Source: Bugula neritina
Taxonomy: Eukaryota > Animalia > Bryozoa
Reading direction: 5' to 3'
NCBI GenBank assembly: GCA_964035545.1
Contig: OZ037765.1
Location: 22,257,504 to 22,321,503 of the forward strand
Length of the DNA: 64,000 nt
The position numbers were made by a program, and so were the translations under genes. The notes under the pieces are model-generated. The model did no database searches, was not told the origin of the DNA, and saw only the letters and a list, made by a program, of their open reading frames with translations. How positions within the stretch are numbered: the stretch's first letter is position 1; the number at the start of each line of letters is the position of its first letter. Shown here piece after piece: positions 62,233 through 64,000 of this stretch.

Positions 62233-64000
62233 CTATAATTTTCGAAATTTACTTCAAATTCTCAACGTTTGATTCACAGTAACCATTAGAAAAGTTGGCA
62301 ATGGATATTATTTAACTAGAAACTCAAGTTTAATATAAAACAGCAAATAACATTGTCAATTTTTCCCTCCTCTCTGTCAAATATCATATAAAGTTCGATG
62401 TCGCGGTGCAATTTTACACTTGACAGAGCCGTGATTGATTAGTAGAAAGAAAAGCAAAGTGCTGCGCTATTTTCAAGGACAATATATGTCCCATTAGCCT
62501 GACTATTTTTATACCGAAAGCGTTTAAATGATAAAAATACTGCAAATGACAGAGGTATCACAAATAAACCATGTCAAGTGGTTACGCCCTAAAATACCCA
62601 TTTCAATTAGTTACTGAGCTTGCACTTGGCGTCATTACTTTGTATCATATTATTAGAGTGTCTGACGTTCTCTTAACATCATAGGGTCTTAGATACACTT
62701 TTTGGCTGCCCAAACTCACTGTAACATTGAAAGGGCCAAATAACTCTGCCAAATTTTGGCTCACGAGAGCATAACAACTTGGCCAAAAGAAAATATTTTT
62801 AGTGTTAGTTTTAATTAGTACCAATGTTGCAAAGATCATTTCCAGCTCAATAATTGCACAATAAGGTAAATTTGAATGTAAATTGAAAAATCTGGATTGC
62901 GCCTAAACACACCATAATGAAAGACGTAATTACAATCTCGTTCCAGTTTCGAATAATAAACTTGAAATGTTATTTCTCAACACACCAGAAATGAAACACT
63001 CAGACCACCAAGCAGCTACCGCCAATACCAACATCCGCACTCTCAACTAACATCCGTACACCTCGCAGAAGCATGACTCGCTACCTCCCATAAAACAACA
63101 AAGTTATCACATGTGAGAATACATATCAAGAAATTATTCCACTTTTAATTACAACTTCAAAAATAAACAAGCCGAAATGTTTTGTTACCTTTTGAAAAAT
63201 CAATGCGATCAACAAAGATATTGTCCATGCAAATTAAAAGCTTTTCCAAAGTTCCGGTGTTACTAATATTTGGGGGAAATTTATGGCTGCGTTACGACGA
63301 ACTTATAGAATTTAAAAGTTCTGCAATGAGAAAAACAGCAACTGATAAAAAATGGAGAATGTTTGCAGACGAGCCTTAGAGACGAGACGCAGGAAAACAC
63401 GAGGGAAGAGATGAGAAAGTAGGGAGGTATTTTCGTGCCAACGAGTTTTGTTTTGCTAAACTATGTGCAGAAGTTCAGCTGCCAACAGGGCTGAAGTGGA
63501 TCCCATGAACTTACATCCAGGTTCGGAAAGTCAGCACGCAGATTGTCCAGGAAACTGCTCCACAAACATTACAAAACTTGTTTGCTTGTAATTAAATGTT
63601 ATTCATTACATTCGAAAAAACAATGTTGACTCGTTGAGAGATTCAAATGCAGCTGGTGACACTGCAATTTGGTTAGTTACTTTCTAAAAAGAAGCTCGCT
63701 GTGTTCTTACTGCAAAACATCTAGAAAACAATATTCTCATAGATTGCAATTATTTTGGTAAAGCTGAAAGAAGCTGACAATTTTATTTGCAAGGATGAAT
63801 ACTCTATATATATTAGGTTAGAATAAAATGGCGAACATCAGAAATGCCTGTAAATGAGTAGAGCAACTGATATATAATTAAACACACAATATACTGACCA
63901 TCATTAGCTAGAATATACTTGAGTCTGTGTGCACTTTGTGTCAGCTGCTGTAGGCGCTCAAAGATAACATCTGCATCACCTTTATCTACAGTAGCAATCG

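Overview
AT-rich, intron-rich invertebrate (non-vertebrate metazoan) genomic DNA; no prokaryotic features, CRISPR arrays, rRNA or intact tRNA seen. Seven protein-coding loci were reconstructed by hand from GT-AG splice sites and reading-frame phase: GMDS (5' part, minus), the NK-class homeobox gene Msxlx (minus), a 16-exon ~950-aa CCPG1/PBXIP1-like type II ER membrane protein ending in KDEL (plus), Fezf (plus), SMNDC1/SPF30 (minus), an SLC16/MCT transporter (minus) and a mitofilin-domain (Mic60/IMMT-like) gene (minus). Introns and intergenic DNA carry a tRNA-derived SINE family and hAT-, Kolobok- and Harbinger-like MITEs. Most notable: (1) a cryptic grammar, T-N-A recurring every 6 bp with variable spacers, just downstream of the inferred promoters of the three housekeeping genes but not seen at the two developmental TF genes; (2) a 1.7-kb near-perfect foldback element filling most of an SMNDC1 intron; (3) several candidate poison (PTC) splice events in SMNDC1; (4) LIR/FIR motifs plus terminal KDEL in the CCPG1-like protein; (5) a possibly truncated Mic60 paralogue. 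All identifications are by eye and recall of protein families; no searches were run.
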